Origin: Mytilus edulis
Lineage: Eukaryota
DNA: 64,000 bases
Direction of reading: 5' to 3'
Assembly: GCF_963676685.1 (NCBI RefSeq)
Contig: NC_092353.1
Location: 17,918,001 to 17,982,000, forward strand
Shown here: piece after piece, positions 1 to 13,100 of the stretch
Layout of the letters: every line of letters starts with the position of its first letter
Position numbering within the stretch: position 1 is the first letter of the stretch
Program-made: the position numbers and the translations under genes
The notes under the pieces: generated by a model
What the model was told of the DNA's origin: nothing
The model's input: the letters and a program-made list of their open reading frames with translations, nothing else
Database searches by the model: none

Positions 1-622
1 AGCTTTAGCAAAGTTAAAGAAAGAAATGGGCAAAAATGATTGATTAGAATAATTTATTTAAAGTTATATTGAAAATTAATCAGTATGGGTGATAATTTTA
101 AAGGAAGATTATGAATTATTGAAAGAAATGAAATAAAGAATAAGTGTATGTGATTGATTATATTTAATTCTAATAATTGATTAAAATAATTTGCAGCTTG
201 AGACTTTATCAGAATAAAAAGATAGATATGTAATTATGTTACCTTATTATTTGTAAAATTTAGAATGGAAATGGGATATTTGACAAAGAGACAACAACTA
301 GACCAAAGAGCATAATAGGCTCTAGGCCACTTATGGGTCTACAACTCAGCAAGAAGGCGGGCTTTAGCTGGCCCCTAAACAAAAATGTGTACTAATCCAG
401 TGAAAATGGGAACTTGAACACATTAAACGCTGAAACATATAACTGAACTAAAATTTAAAATAAACCATAAGAGACTAACAAAGGCCAAAGGCTCTTTAAC
501 TTGGGAAAGATGCAAAGATGCAGCAGCGTTAAACATGTTTTGTGAGATATCAACTTTCCGCTCTATTGTAAAATAAACAAACACACAGCAAAATGCACAG
601 TAAAAATCAGTAAAAAGAATTA

Positions 623-1450
623 AGTGAATGGATCTCTATGAATTTTTTAAAAAGGTTCAATACCATGCACAAAAGGAAGGTTTAGAAATTAGGGACCCAA
701 AACAAGCATTTTTCTAGTTTTAGGATAGTTACTTGTGTATAAGTATTTCGATTGCTCTGAAATTGTACCACAATGTTTAATAACACAAGTAGAAAGTGGG
801 AGTAATTTTGGGATTATGGTGCCATCAGTTTGGGAACTGAGGGCCAAAAAGGGACCAAAAACAAGCATTTTTGTAGTTTCTGGACAATAACTTGTGTGTA
901 AGTGTATGGATCTCTATGACATTGTTACACAATGATCTATATCACAAAGGGAAAGCTGAGATTGAGTTTTGGGCTAATTGCCCCAAACATGCAGGAGTTA
1001 GGGGCAAAAAAAGGGCAAAAAACAAGCATTTTTCTGGTTTCCAGACAATAACTTGTGTTTTAGTATATGGATCTCTCTAAAATTGTACTATAAGGTTCTA
1101 TACTACAAAGGAAACTTTAGGAAAGGCTTGGATTGAGTTTAGGGATATATGCATCAACGGGGGTTAAAAAAGTTGGAGGGGGGATTTTTTCATATTTTTT
1201 TCAAAATTTTCAATTTTAAATATTTGAAAAGTTTCAAAGAAGAAATTCTCAATTACAGTATTGCGCAATAGATTTGTTAGATCCTTGACCACATTTATTT
1301 TGTGTCAGAAACCTATAGTGTGTCAAAAAGTTTGATCACAATCCAAATTCAGACAGTATCAAGCTTGAAAATTGTGTCTAAATTTGACCAAATTGTTCAG
1401 GGTTCGACATCTGCGGTAGTATCAGGCTGTGCTCAGCAAAGCATTTTATT
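623..1450 (+). repeat. HINE-like element remnant with ~150-bp tandem cores
   Basis: Repeated aacaagcattttt...acaataacttgtgt...atggatctct units. Confidence 0.6.
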
Positions 1451-3988
1451 TTCATGCACTTGTACTGTAGATAGATTGGAAACTGGAAATGACAACAACA
1501 ATCAGCAAATTAAGATCTACAAATAAGTGGACAAGCCTAGACTGCATTTCATTGTTTAATGATACTGATTAAGATTTCACATTAATATTAATTTTTCATA
1601 ATTCGGACCCGGTCAGTTGTTCTGCTGTCTCCCAGTCGAGATAATGTTATCATGGGGTGACATCACCAATTTGTGTATCTATAATGCAGGATTCATATTT
1701 ATATTTCGACCTGAACATGCATGAAATAATTGCCACTGGACATCTATTCAATTCACAACAAATTTTTCTCATCCTGGTATGCATGTTAAAGCTTACCACT
1801 GGACACAAATCAACCAACTATCAATCAATAATATTCATATTCCATTCACATTGATCAACATTTTCTAGTCCTAGTATGCATGTAATACTTGCCACTGGAT
1901 TTCGATCAATTTTCAATAGTTTATTGTCAATGTGAAGCTTTTGTGATCATGTCTGTTTCTAAGGTGGTAAACTTTGTTTGTTGTATATCGATATAAAGAT
2001 GTGGTATCATTTCCAATGAGACAACTCTCCACTCCACTAGATACTTTAGACCACTATACAGGTTTCAACCAAGTGCAAAAAAACTAATTTTGCATAGCAA
2101 GCTATAAAAAGGTCTCACAATGATAACTATAAATAGATCAGATGAGAAACTGCTACGGCCGGAATAATGTACTAAACATAAAACAAATAAAAAAACAAAC
2201 AGTTGGAATATGCTGCCACAAACGACAATCAATAACAGACTCTTGACCTGGGACAGACACATATAGAAAGTGGAGGGGTAAAGCATGTATGTGTATGTTC
2301 AATCCTACCCTTACTTCACACTGGTGTAGAATAGTTGCACAGTATATATTGTGCTCATCTAGTAAAGGGTTCAGATGGCATTGGCCACATTTTCATGGTT
2401 AGTGGTCGATGATTAGATATTAAGGTAAGTTAAAGAACAGTGGAAGATCCAGAAGTTTTCATAAAGGGAGGGGCAATCCACAATGACTACCAAAGAGGGG
2501 ATTGCTTCTGTCATGCTTAAATGATTCCCTAAATATGAAACAAAATTATCCTACAAAAAGGGAGTATGATACATGAATAATGATATGTACAAATTGAAAA
2601 GTAAAAAAAAGAACTAATTTGAGCTTGCAAAAAATGAAATAATTTTAAGATTGAGTAAAATCTAAGTGCAATCTAAACGATTTTGTATATAACACAAGAA
2701 ATTAAATCAGGAATTAGCGAAAAAGTGCGAATCATGAAATATTCAATTGCAGATTTAACAGTTGAATGATAAACTAACTGGTAACCATCTTCATATTCAT
2801 GTCTACACACATGTACATATAGATTGACATGCAGGCGTATATCGCATGGCTTATTGTAAAATGTACATAGCATTCACATACAACCTGTCAATATTGATGT
2901 TTTGTTCTTTGGCAGTAATTAGGAAATCAACTTATACTATTGTTCGCTGTCGGCTGATGTCTGCACATTGTAATAACGAAGTTATGATTTAATTATAATA
3001 AAACGTTTTTCATCAAAGCAACATTTCATGCCGTAAAATTAGCATGATCCCTGCACGATATACTGTGTGATGCTGGTAAGGAATTACTGTATCGACAAAT
3101 GTGGAAAGTTATGAAGCCATGAGTTTGGTCCATTTATATGTTTTGGAGTTTAGTCTGAGGTCAATTTCACTGAACTAGTACACATTTTTGTTAAGGGACC
3201 AGATGAAGCTCGACTCCAGGTGTGCGTTTTTTCGCTGTGTTGAACATATAAAAGACATATCTCTCTTTGACACATTCCCCCTTTTTGTTCTCAATTTTAT
3301 GATAGGGAAATTATGTTTGTTCAATATGCATTGCTACTCAGTTATGACGTATGTATCATTAAAAAATAAAAAAATACCAAATACAAAAAGAATAATAGAT
3401 AGACATCACGGTTGAATATTTTGAGTTCTTGCTTCGTTTTGCTAAATCGAATAAATTCGAGAAATCACCGAGGATCTGCCATGCTTTTCATATCATCAGT
3501 GATTTTTTTTTTACATGTATTGCTCTTTCACGATGGCATTGTGTTCGTCTGATTGTGTTCGCCTGCATCGCCAAACTGCTTTTCCATACATATATTTTCA
3601 AGAAAAAGTTGGATTTTTTTTGTACACGTATGCAGATCATGGCAAGCATTGTTTATTACTCAATTTATTAACTTTCTCATTTCAATGTTTTCGTCTACCC
3701 GAACTCTACAAAGAATTTATGACGATCGACACACTCAATATTTTGTATAACTTCTGAGAGTTACGAATTGTTATATCCCCATGTCTCCTCTCAGTCATTG
3801 AAACATGAAAAGAATTGACGTACATTTTGTAACAAGTTACATTTTCATTAGCATGATTATTGAAGAGTTACATGCTATCCTACTTAATAATTGTTAATTA
3901 TTTGCTCATGATTTAGCTTTATCAACCATTTGTTAACATTTCTTATCAACTTCTTCAGCATGAACAATATAAAGCCTATTTACCAGGC

Positions 3989-3995
3989 TATAAAA
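3989..3995 (+). promoter_or_regulatory. Candidate TATA box of gene 1
   Basis: ggcTATAAAAtc about 100 nt upstream of the start ATG. The background is AT-rich, so support is weak. Confidence 0.3.
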
Positions 3996-4090
3996 TCTCG
4001 CAGATTAATATAACACTTAAATAGTACTTTAAATGATAAACAGATACACATGCCAGTCTTAGTGTAGTATCGTAGTAGTTGGGTAGTACA

Positions 4091-4142
4091 ATGCATCACC
4101 TAAATATTATAATTGGAATATCTATAATAATCTGTTTTGCAG
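4091..4142 (+). CDS. XPNPEP2: Gene 1 exon 1 (signal peptide)
   Basis: ATG...TTT GCA G|gtagga encodes [17 protein letters not shown]. Phase 1 joins exon 2 (AG GCT GTT CCT) to give CFAEA-VP, matching gene 2 CCAEA. Confidence 0.75.
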
Positions 4143-7100
4143 GTAGGATCACTTTATTCCTCCTTAGAAAAGTACAATTATTAGAAATCTATTTTCAGTT
4201 TTAGAGGACAAATCAGATATGACCATCAAGAAAATGAAAACAAAAACAAAAATAAGTAAAACAGTATTCATAATTCTTTCCTCAGCTGCCTTTTTGTATT
4301 AATGAAATACATTTTTGTTTTTTCTTAGTTTTTATTTGGCTTGTGTGTTTGTTGTTGTATTGTTTTCTTGTTGGTAGCTTGAACAATAAAGAAATAAACA
4401 AAAAAACACAATATGTTATCATGCTTATACCGCAAAATTCGTACGTTTATCATGTTTATGATGCGTCAAATTTATAATAAAATTTAGAATGGAAATGGGG
4501 AATGTTTCAAAGAGACAACAACCCGACCAAAGAGCAGACAGCAGCCGAAGGCCACCAATTGATACTCAATACAACGAGAAAATCCCGCACCCGGAGGCGT
4601 GCTTCAACTGGCCCCCAAACAAAAATCTGTACTAGTTCAGTGATAATAGACGTCAGAATTATATTAAACAGAAACGCTTCTCATTTATTTCAGGGGCAGA
4701 TCCATCCATTTTCAAAAGGAGGGTTCCCCATTCTACGATAAAGGGAAGTTTCTAAAAATGTATCCCCATTCCACTGCATTGATTGTCCAAAAGAGGGGGT
4801 CCAAACCCGGAATCCTCTCCTTGGATCCGCCCTTAGCTGGAATCAGTGTCCGATTGTTTTGTTTTTGAAAATGAGTAAAAGAAAAGTTATAATTCAGATT
4901 CATGCATAGCCTAAGACAATCATATTTTTTAAAACCCGTACATTTATAGATTTCTGAGAGCATTTATTATTGAAACTCATGAAAAGCATTGCAGTGATGT
5001 AAAAATCACAATATCTGAATAATATGCAAGCACGGTCACGGTTTAATACTGTGTTTTAAAGTTTGGAATTTCTTTCCAGTTTCGGCAATTTATATCATTA
5101 TCTATATGTTCAAATATATCGCTATAAACTGTCATCTTGATTAAAACCCTTTGATTCGACTTAGGACGTGATTTGAATAACTTGAGTGCAGGAGTTGTAT
5201 ACATTGTGTTAACATGGTTAACTGGCAGTTTATTTCTATACACGAAACTGAAATTGAATTTTTAGGTTAGATGCTACCTTAGGTGTATAACTCATTCATT
5301 GATATTTTAAAACCTTGAGCGTGTATTTATAGACCAATACACTGCGTAAATAAACGTTTTTGACCCATAAATGTCGTCGTTTATTATGTTCATATGAGGA
5401 AAATAAGCTCCGTATTAGGTTTCATTTGAACCGAGGCACTTGTTTTCTGTTGACACCCATCAATTCCAAGGACATTATAGCTAGGTTACACAAATAATTC
5501 ATGCTCCAATTGCATAACTCACTTCAATTATACACAGAAAAATGACATATGCACAGTTTCGATGATTAAATGATATATCCTGACCAAGAAGTCAAGGTGG
5601 TGATGATGAAACTCAACGTCCATCCGGGAGTTCACTACTTCGTTTATCCAATATGACTTAGATGATCAATTATGCATTGGATTGCGAAACAAGTCCTGTT
5701 CACACATGATATGTAGACAGTACAGTGTAGCTTACATTCAAGCTACACCATACATTTCACTTAGTTTGTTTGTTTCCATTAATAGTTTATCCAAAATATG
5801 GTTGCCTTTTGAATTTATATTTAAAAAAAGAACAGTTTGATATGAGATGTGTCTAGTTGGTCATATGATGAGCTGATTAATTACTAAAAGATGCTTGCAT
5901 TCGAATTTACTATTCAAGGATCCGTTTGTATAGCGGCAATCAAATTAAAATTCAGACGTGCTCGTACTCACATGAGGGTCTCGTATGAGTATTAAAAAAG
6001 ATTGATTCTAAATATTTTTGAATAACATAAAAACATGACATACTGGCCTGGTATGTAGCCATTTCCGTGTTTGAAATCGTTCGTTTCAATTCAAAAGACT
6101 ATCATGTGACTAATCAGACTTCTTTTTATATTATTTGACTTAATTTTTATTAAAAGTTATTTTTATATGAAGTTTTTTTGTAATGTTAATTTGTGTGTTA
6201 TGATTTTTTGTATGTCTAAACTGTAATTAAGCCGTTTACATCAAGGCCGATCCCGCTGGAAACAAGCTTCATTTCGGGGACTTTTATAGCTGACTATGCG
6301 GTATGGGCCTTGCTCATTGTTAAAGGCCGTACGATGACCTATACATTGTAGTTATTAATTTCTGTGTCATTTTGGTCTCTTGTGGAGAGTTGTCTCATTG
6401 GCAATCATACCACATCTTCTTTTTTTTTTTTTTCTTTTTTTTTTTTTATATATTTATAGCTTTCATGGGTATCAATGGTTATCCCTGATAAAATATCAGC
6501 TTTTTTTAAAATTCATTTAAGGGTACTAAACTCATAAAATGACATTATATTTTACAAAGTATGTGTTAGAATTTTCTTTTGTATTGTATATAGTGTATTG
6601 GAAAACTCTTTTTTTTTGTCCTCTGCATGAATAGAATATTTTTTTTCGCATCAATTTTGGAATCCGAATATTTTTTTAAGAAAAATACCATATCACCTCC
6701 TGTCTTTTGAAGTTCAATGATCGTTCCATAAACATTTTCCATCTGTACTTATTATTATTTTAGACAAAAACTATTGAATGTAGGACATTCGTCCAGAACA
6801 TAAAATTGAGAATGGAAATGGGGAATGTGTCAAAGAGACAACAACCCGACCAAATAAAAAACAACAGCAGAGGGTCACCAACAGGTCTTCAATGTAGCGA
6901 GAAATTCCCGCACCCGGAGGCGTCCTTCAGCTGGCCCCTAAACAAATATATACTAGTCCAGTGATAATGAACGCCATACTAATTTCCAAATTGTACACAA
7001 GAAACTAAAATTAAAATAATACAAGACTAACAAAGGCCAGAGGCTCCTGACTTGGGACAGGCGCAAAAATGCGGCGGGGTTAAACATGTTTGTGAGATCT

Positions 7101-10100
7101 CAACCCTCCCCCTATACCTCTAACCAATGTAGAAAAGTAAACGCATAACAATACGCACATTAAAATTCAGTTCAAGAGAAGTCCGAGTCTGATGTCAGAA
7201 GATGTAACCAAAGAAAATAAACAAAATGACAATAATACATAAATAACAACAGACTACTAGCAGTTAACTGACATGCCAGCTCCAGACTTCAATTAAACTG
7301 ACTGAAAGATTATGATTTCATCATATGAACATCAGGCACAATCCTTCCCGTTAGGGGTTTAGTATCATACCATCATAACATATATGAGAAGAACATAACC
7401 CGTGTCATGCCAACAACTGTTTTTAGAATAAATGTGTTTAGTTCCGATGCAAAGACCTTATCAGTGACTCAATATTAACGCCAAAATATGCAATCTTTAA
7501 TGACTTGACAACAGTATCGTAATTATATCCCTTCTTAATAAGTCTATTCAAAGGTTTTGTAAGTTTCTGAGGTGAATACTGACACCTTTGTGCTTTATAA
7601 AGAATATTTCCATAAAAAATTGGATGTGAAATACCTGAACGTATTAGAAGTCTGCATGTTGAGCTATATTTACGAATGATGTCTTTATACCGATGATAAA
7701 ATTTAGTAAATGTTTTGACTAGTTTGTGATATCGAAAACCCTGGTGTAATAATTTTTCAGTAATACATAAATTTCTCTCGTTAAAATCTAAAACATTGTT
7801 ACATACACGAGCGAATCGTACAAGTTGAGATATATAAACACCGTAGGATGGTGACAAGGGAACGTCACCATCTAAAAACGGATAATTAACGATAGGAAAT
7901 GAAAAATCATCCCTTTTATCACAAATTTTAGTATTCAGCTTTCCATTAGTGATATAGATATCACGATCGAGAAAAGGGCAGTGGTCATTGTTAGTATTAG
8001 CTTTATTTAAAGTAAGTTCAACAGGATAAATTTCATTAATATGCATACTGAAGTCGTCATTATTGAGAGCCAAAATATCATCCAAATATCTAAAAGTATT
8101 ATTAAATTTGTTTATCAGATGTTGTTTCGATGGGTCTTTGCTTATTTTTGTCATAAATTGTAACTCATAACAATAAACAATACAAAAACAGGTCCGCAAT
8201 AAGTGGTGCACAGTTAGTCCCCATTGGAATTCCGATAATCTGACGATATACGGAATCCCCAAAGCGAACAAAAATGTTATCTAGTAAAAATTCAAGGGCA
8301 TATATAGTATCAAAGCATGTCCAATTAACATAGTTTTTTTGTTTATTGCTACTAAAAAATGACCTAAAAGAGTTTGAACATATATATTCACATTCTGATT
8401 TTTTGAATGCCCATTTAATTAGGTTTGGGATTTTTTTCTTAATGAGAATGTATGAACTATTTGCCACTGGACGTTAAGCAACCAACAATCAATCAATGTA
8501 TAGGACATAGTCTTGGTATAAAGCTGGCATTTAAGGTAGCGCCTTCCTCATATTATTATTATTAATAATAATAGGTCAACAATAATCATTTACAACCGAT
8601 TTCAGGAGCATTGATACTTCAAGAGGTGCTCAGTTCGATACTCTATGTTATAAACGTTTGAACTTGACTATACATGTAGTACGTTCTTCTTAACCCATAT
8701 TTTAAGATTCAAGATGGACACACTCAAATGTCAAAATAAAGAATAGGACCTTCACCTTTGACTTTGACCTCAGTTGTCGTATCATATCCAAAGAATAATT
8801 ATTATTCCTTATTTTACGACGTATATATGGTTTATGAGTAACGTAAACAAACTGTTTAACACAGTTGACAAGAGGAATCATGCAAGTTGTCACTCCCTGA
8901 TATCTGACACAAACATATCCGTCAAATATAGCCGCGTCGGACAGCACGAGTAGACCCCGGCTCGGACCATCTCTTATTAACGCCATGGTCTAAATAAAAC
9001 ATAGTTCTTTAAAAGAGCTTAAGATTCCTATAGCATATCAAATTTATACCAAAAAAAAAGTAAAAAAAAAAGCATTGATTCGATTTCTCGCGTATAACTG
9101 ATTACCGATGAGTATATTTATATCGGCACGACTTAAGACAATCATGTACAAATGAACGTAGTAACCAATACATAACCTTTCAAGACTAGAGCTGGTCAGG
9201 TAGCACTTCCTCGTAATATCACATATTTGTGTAAAATGGAGATACAAAATATGTGCTACTTTTTTGTTAGTTTATCGTACAGGAGCCTATAATTCAGTGG
9301 TTTTAGTTTGTTGCTGTATACTCATATTATTTTTTCGTTTATTGCTTTCTACATCTACCAGGCCGTTAGTTTTCACGAATAGATTTCCATTTATCATTTC
9401 TGTCGGGCCCTTTATATCTCAAGGATTTTGTTCCGATTGTTGAAGGACGTACAATGACTTATATTGTAAACTTCGAAGGCATTTCGTATTTTATTTGAGA
9501 TTTTGTCATGGGTAAATTCGTCATTTTCGCAACAACAAAAAAATATGTTCAAAACCGGGACCCACACTATACAAATCCTTTTGAAAATGGCATAGTCCAA
9601 ATCAATAAAAAATAAAATGTAATCGAAAGATTACAAACTTAAAAATGTATTCCCCTCCTGAGTGAAACAAAATTAAACTTTATAAATTACGAAAATACAA
9701 TTCCTTGCTCGATGACATGGGAACAAGGTGACTGCCAATGCCCAGTGCCATGATTAATAACATAGACATATAATACATATTATATATCTCTCGCCGGTTA
9801 ATAATAAATTAGACTAGGAATTATCTATTTTTGAACGTTTTTGATTTACCTTAATTCAAACCCTCATTTATTTAAAAAAACAGAAAAGAGGGCGTTTAAT
9901 TAACTTTAATAGTCCGGTTTACTTTAATCAATGATTTAGTTATCAGCTATCAAACAACTAATAATGCAATCAGTTCATCCTTAACAGGTACGTTATTGTT
10001 TGTAAATTTTCTTTTCTAGATAATGGTAATTAGTCATACCTGTCGGTGTTCTTCATGGTAGAGATATTTTAACCATTTTCCCGCCACAATTTGCAAAACA

Positions 10101-13100
10101 AAAATATAATATAATGTGAAGCATAAAAGATCATAAAAGCATAAAATATTTATTTAAAGTCGGTTAAACATATAACAATACAATATAAGCTACTATACAA
10201 ATCCTTGACCCAATGAAGGTAAAGTTACAAATTCAATTCAATTCAATTCAAACTTTTTGTGGGTACATTTGTCATTTCATATTTTCTTTTCATCATTTGG
10301 CTATTTATTATTATTATTTTTTTTGTCCGTGTATGACAAATGTACCCACACAAGAGACAGATTATTCGGTCTAGTAATATACATGCACCTAAGACTTGTG
10401 ACTTCACTTCATTCAACTAATAAAACCAGTAATTGGATAATATTGTGTGAACACATTCATCAGGTCAGGAATAACCACCAATTGGTGGATTATACCTCAA
10501 TTGACGTATAATCCACCAATTGAGGTATATTGGTATAGACCAATTGACGTATAACAAAGAATTATACACCAATTGGTCTATACCATTATATGTCAATTGG
10601 TGGATTATTCGTCAATTGAGGTATAATCCACCAATTGGTGGTTATTCCTGACCTGTTCATAACAAACTTTTATTTCATAAAATCTTCTGTTTGTATGGTT
10701 TCATCTTCTAGAGTTTGACATGGTGCGCTTTTTCACAGTTTATGTGAAAACTATGATCAAAGTTTTTTACCCCAGTTTTGTGGGGCTTTTCGACCCCAGA
10801 AAAATGTGTTTATCCCACAAACCTGGGACGACCCCATGTTTCATGACTTGAGCCCAACCTGTTGGGGAAACCCCCTGTTCTGCGAGTTCCTCCAATGTCT
10901 GGTGATTTCGTGCATGCCTTCCAAAAATAGTTTATTTTGAATAAAGGAAAGATTTTATACTACGAAATATAGCTGAGTTTGAACCTAACACACTGCCAAG
11001 GATACACAGCAAAAATTATTTCAATCTGATATAAATTTGACTTAAATAAAACAAATTTTATCTGATGATGTAATTTTTTTAATGGACATTGGCCAAATAT
11101 AGCAAATCACGGGATTGCAGTTATTAATTAACTCTTGAACTTACCAATTTTAATGTTTTTTATCCCTACAGATGGCTAAAACAATATATATATATAACAA
11201 GAACGATTTTGTTCCTGTTACTGTGTTGATATTACGAAATCAGCTAATGCGCGATATCACAGACCCCGTGAACACCGGGGACTCCACTGTAGTCCAAATA
11301 ATTATGATGTCTTGAACAATTTATTTTTCGTTCCTACAAAAGGTGTCTAAAATAAAAATTAACAAACACCTGAATAAATTTGCTTTTGATACTGTCCACT
11401 CATGCAATTACATCTTCAAGATCCCCTTTAGTTGTGTAGATATCTATTGCCTGTCTATTGTCCATACCAATATCAACATGATCAAGGACAATTAAGAAGT
11501 TAAAATACAGATTTCAACAACAGCATGTATATGTCTAGATCTGTATTAAATATTAAACTTTAAATCACATAAAGTCTAAAATAATTGTGAATAGGAGCTA
11601 GACTTTTTATTACATGTTTACAAATTGTGACCTGTAGAGTTAATGTCTCATCAGCTCTAATACCACATCTTCTTATATCCTTATTTAAAAAAATAAAAAT
11701 TCTCAAGAACCCCCCCCCCCCCCCCCCAAAAAAAAAAAATAATACCATGTGAATAATGACTCTTAGGAATGTTCCTGACTCCAAGATTGAGTATATGATT
11801 ATGTAGACCGAATTCTTCTGTCCCCATAATTCCTAATTTTCATTTTCTTTTTATTGATTTTGATATAAATTTGCTATTTTTTTGGATTTTTTTTGGTGCA
11901 ATATATATATATATATATAGAGAGAAGGGTGGGGTAGGAGAGGTCCCGTTCCCGAAATCCCGGGCTTAAAAACACGATATCCCAAGGTCCTGAATTTAAA
12001 TAAATAAATTTAAATTCATCTGAAATTTCAGGGAAAAAAAATCCTGAAAGGGTCTATTCTGAAATCCTGAGGATAAAAACACCGGATCCTGGAGTCCCAA
12101 TAAAGGTCCTATCCCCCCTCAGAGAAAGAAAGCTGTGTCCATTCTAAAACAGGAGATTTGCATACAATTTGTTTGTGCTTGATTTTTGCTGATTTTATAC
12201 ATTTTTCATTCATCTGTACCAATATACCTAATCAATGTGCTAATAGATAAATATGTTTTCCCTATTTTCATGTACCTTGCAATGAACAACGACCTAGATA
12301 GTCCACATTAAAATTTTATGACATTCTTCTTTCATTCTCGACCAGTTAAAAAGGTAGATTTTGTAGACTCAGAAAGATCATTGTTCATAGTTATCACATG
12401 TAAATATAGAAAAAACGTTTATCTAGTACTAGTGTATACCATGTATACATAGGTAAGGATGGCTGAAAAATGTTTAAAATCAGCAAAAGTCCAGCACAAA
12501 CAAATTGTATGTGAATCTCCTGTTTTGAATGAACACTGCATTCTGTCTTCTTATATCCTTATTTAAAAAAATAAAAATTCTCCCCAAAAAAAATCCTCAA
12601 AAATAGCAAAATCAATAAAAAGTAAATGGGATAAGGAAATATATGCATTTATAATATACATGTATGTTATAAGGACAGAAGAATTTGGGTAATGAATTTG
12701 TGAGAGAAAAATTTTGTATTACATGTACCATGTGTATGTAACATTGACATCATATTCATACTTGTTTGTCATATTGTGCTTAAATTTAACTGGTTTTCAT
12801 CCTTACAATGCATTTACCTTGCTTACTTTGAAACAATTGTTATACTATTTCGTCATACATTTGTATTTCAGAGGCTGTTCCTGTTTTAGACCATTCTCAT
12901 CACCGATACAAAAGAAACAATGGATTGAAAACTCAATCTCCTGATGACCGGGACAGTTGTAAGCCAGGAGTAGTAAGTTTATTTAGAAGTAAATAAATAA
13001 AATGAGATTAAAGTTAAAATTCATTGTTCTGAATCTGAAATCAAAGTTAGAATATTTTGTAATGAGTTTGGGATTACAGCACTATCAGGAAGCTTACGCA

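Noticed and set aside
8702-8986. 94-aa minus-strand ORF over a CpG-rich patch
   Set aside because: No recognisable domain and no convincing splice context; I could not fold a known RNA motif from it
9940-9995. Alternative first exon of gene 1 (CAG|GTACGT donor at 9987)
   Set aside because: The ATG runs into TAA before the donor and there is no signal peptide; 4091-4142 fits phase and paralogy better
11172-11313. cag-ATG ORF as gene 1 exon 1
   Set aside because: Lies inside a repeat also present near 63780 and has no suitable donor
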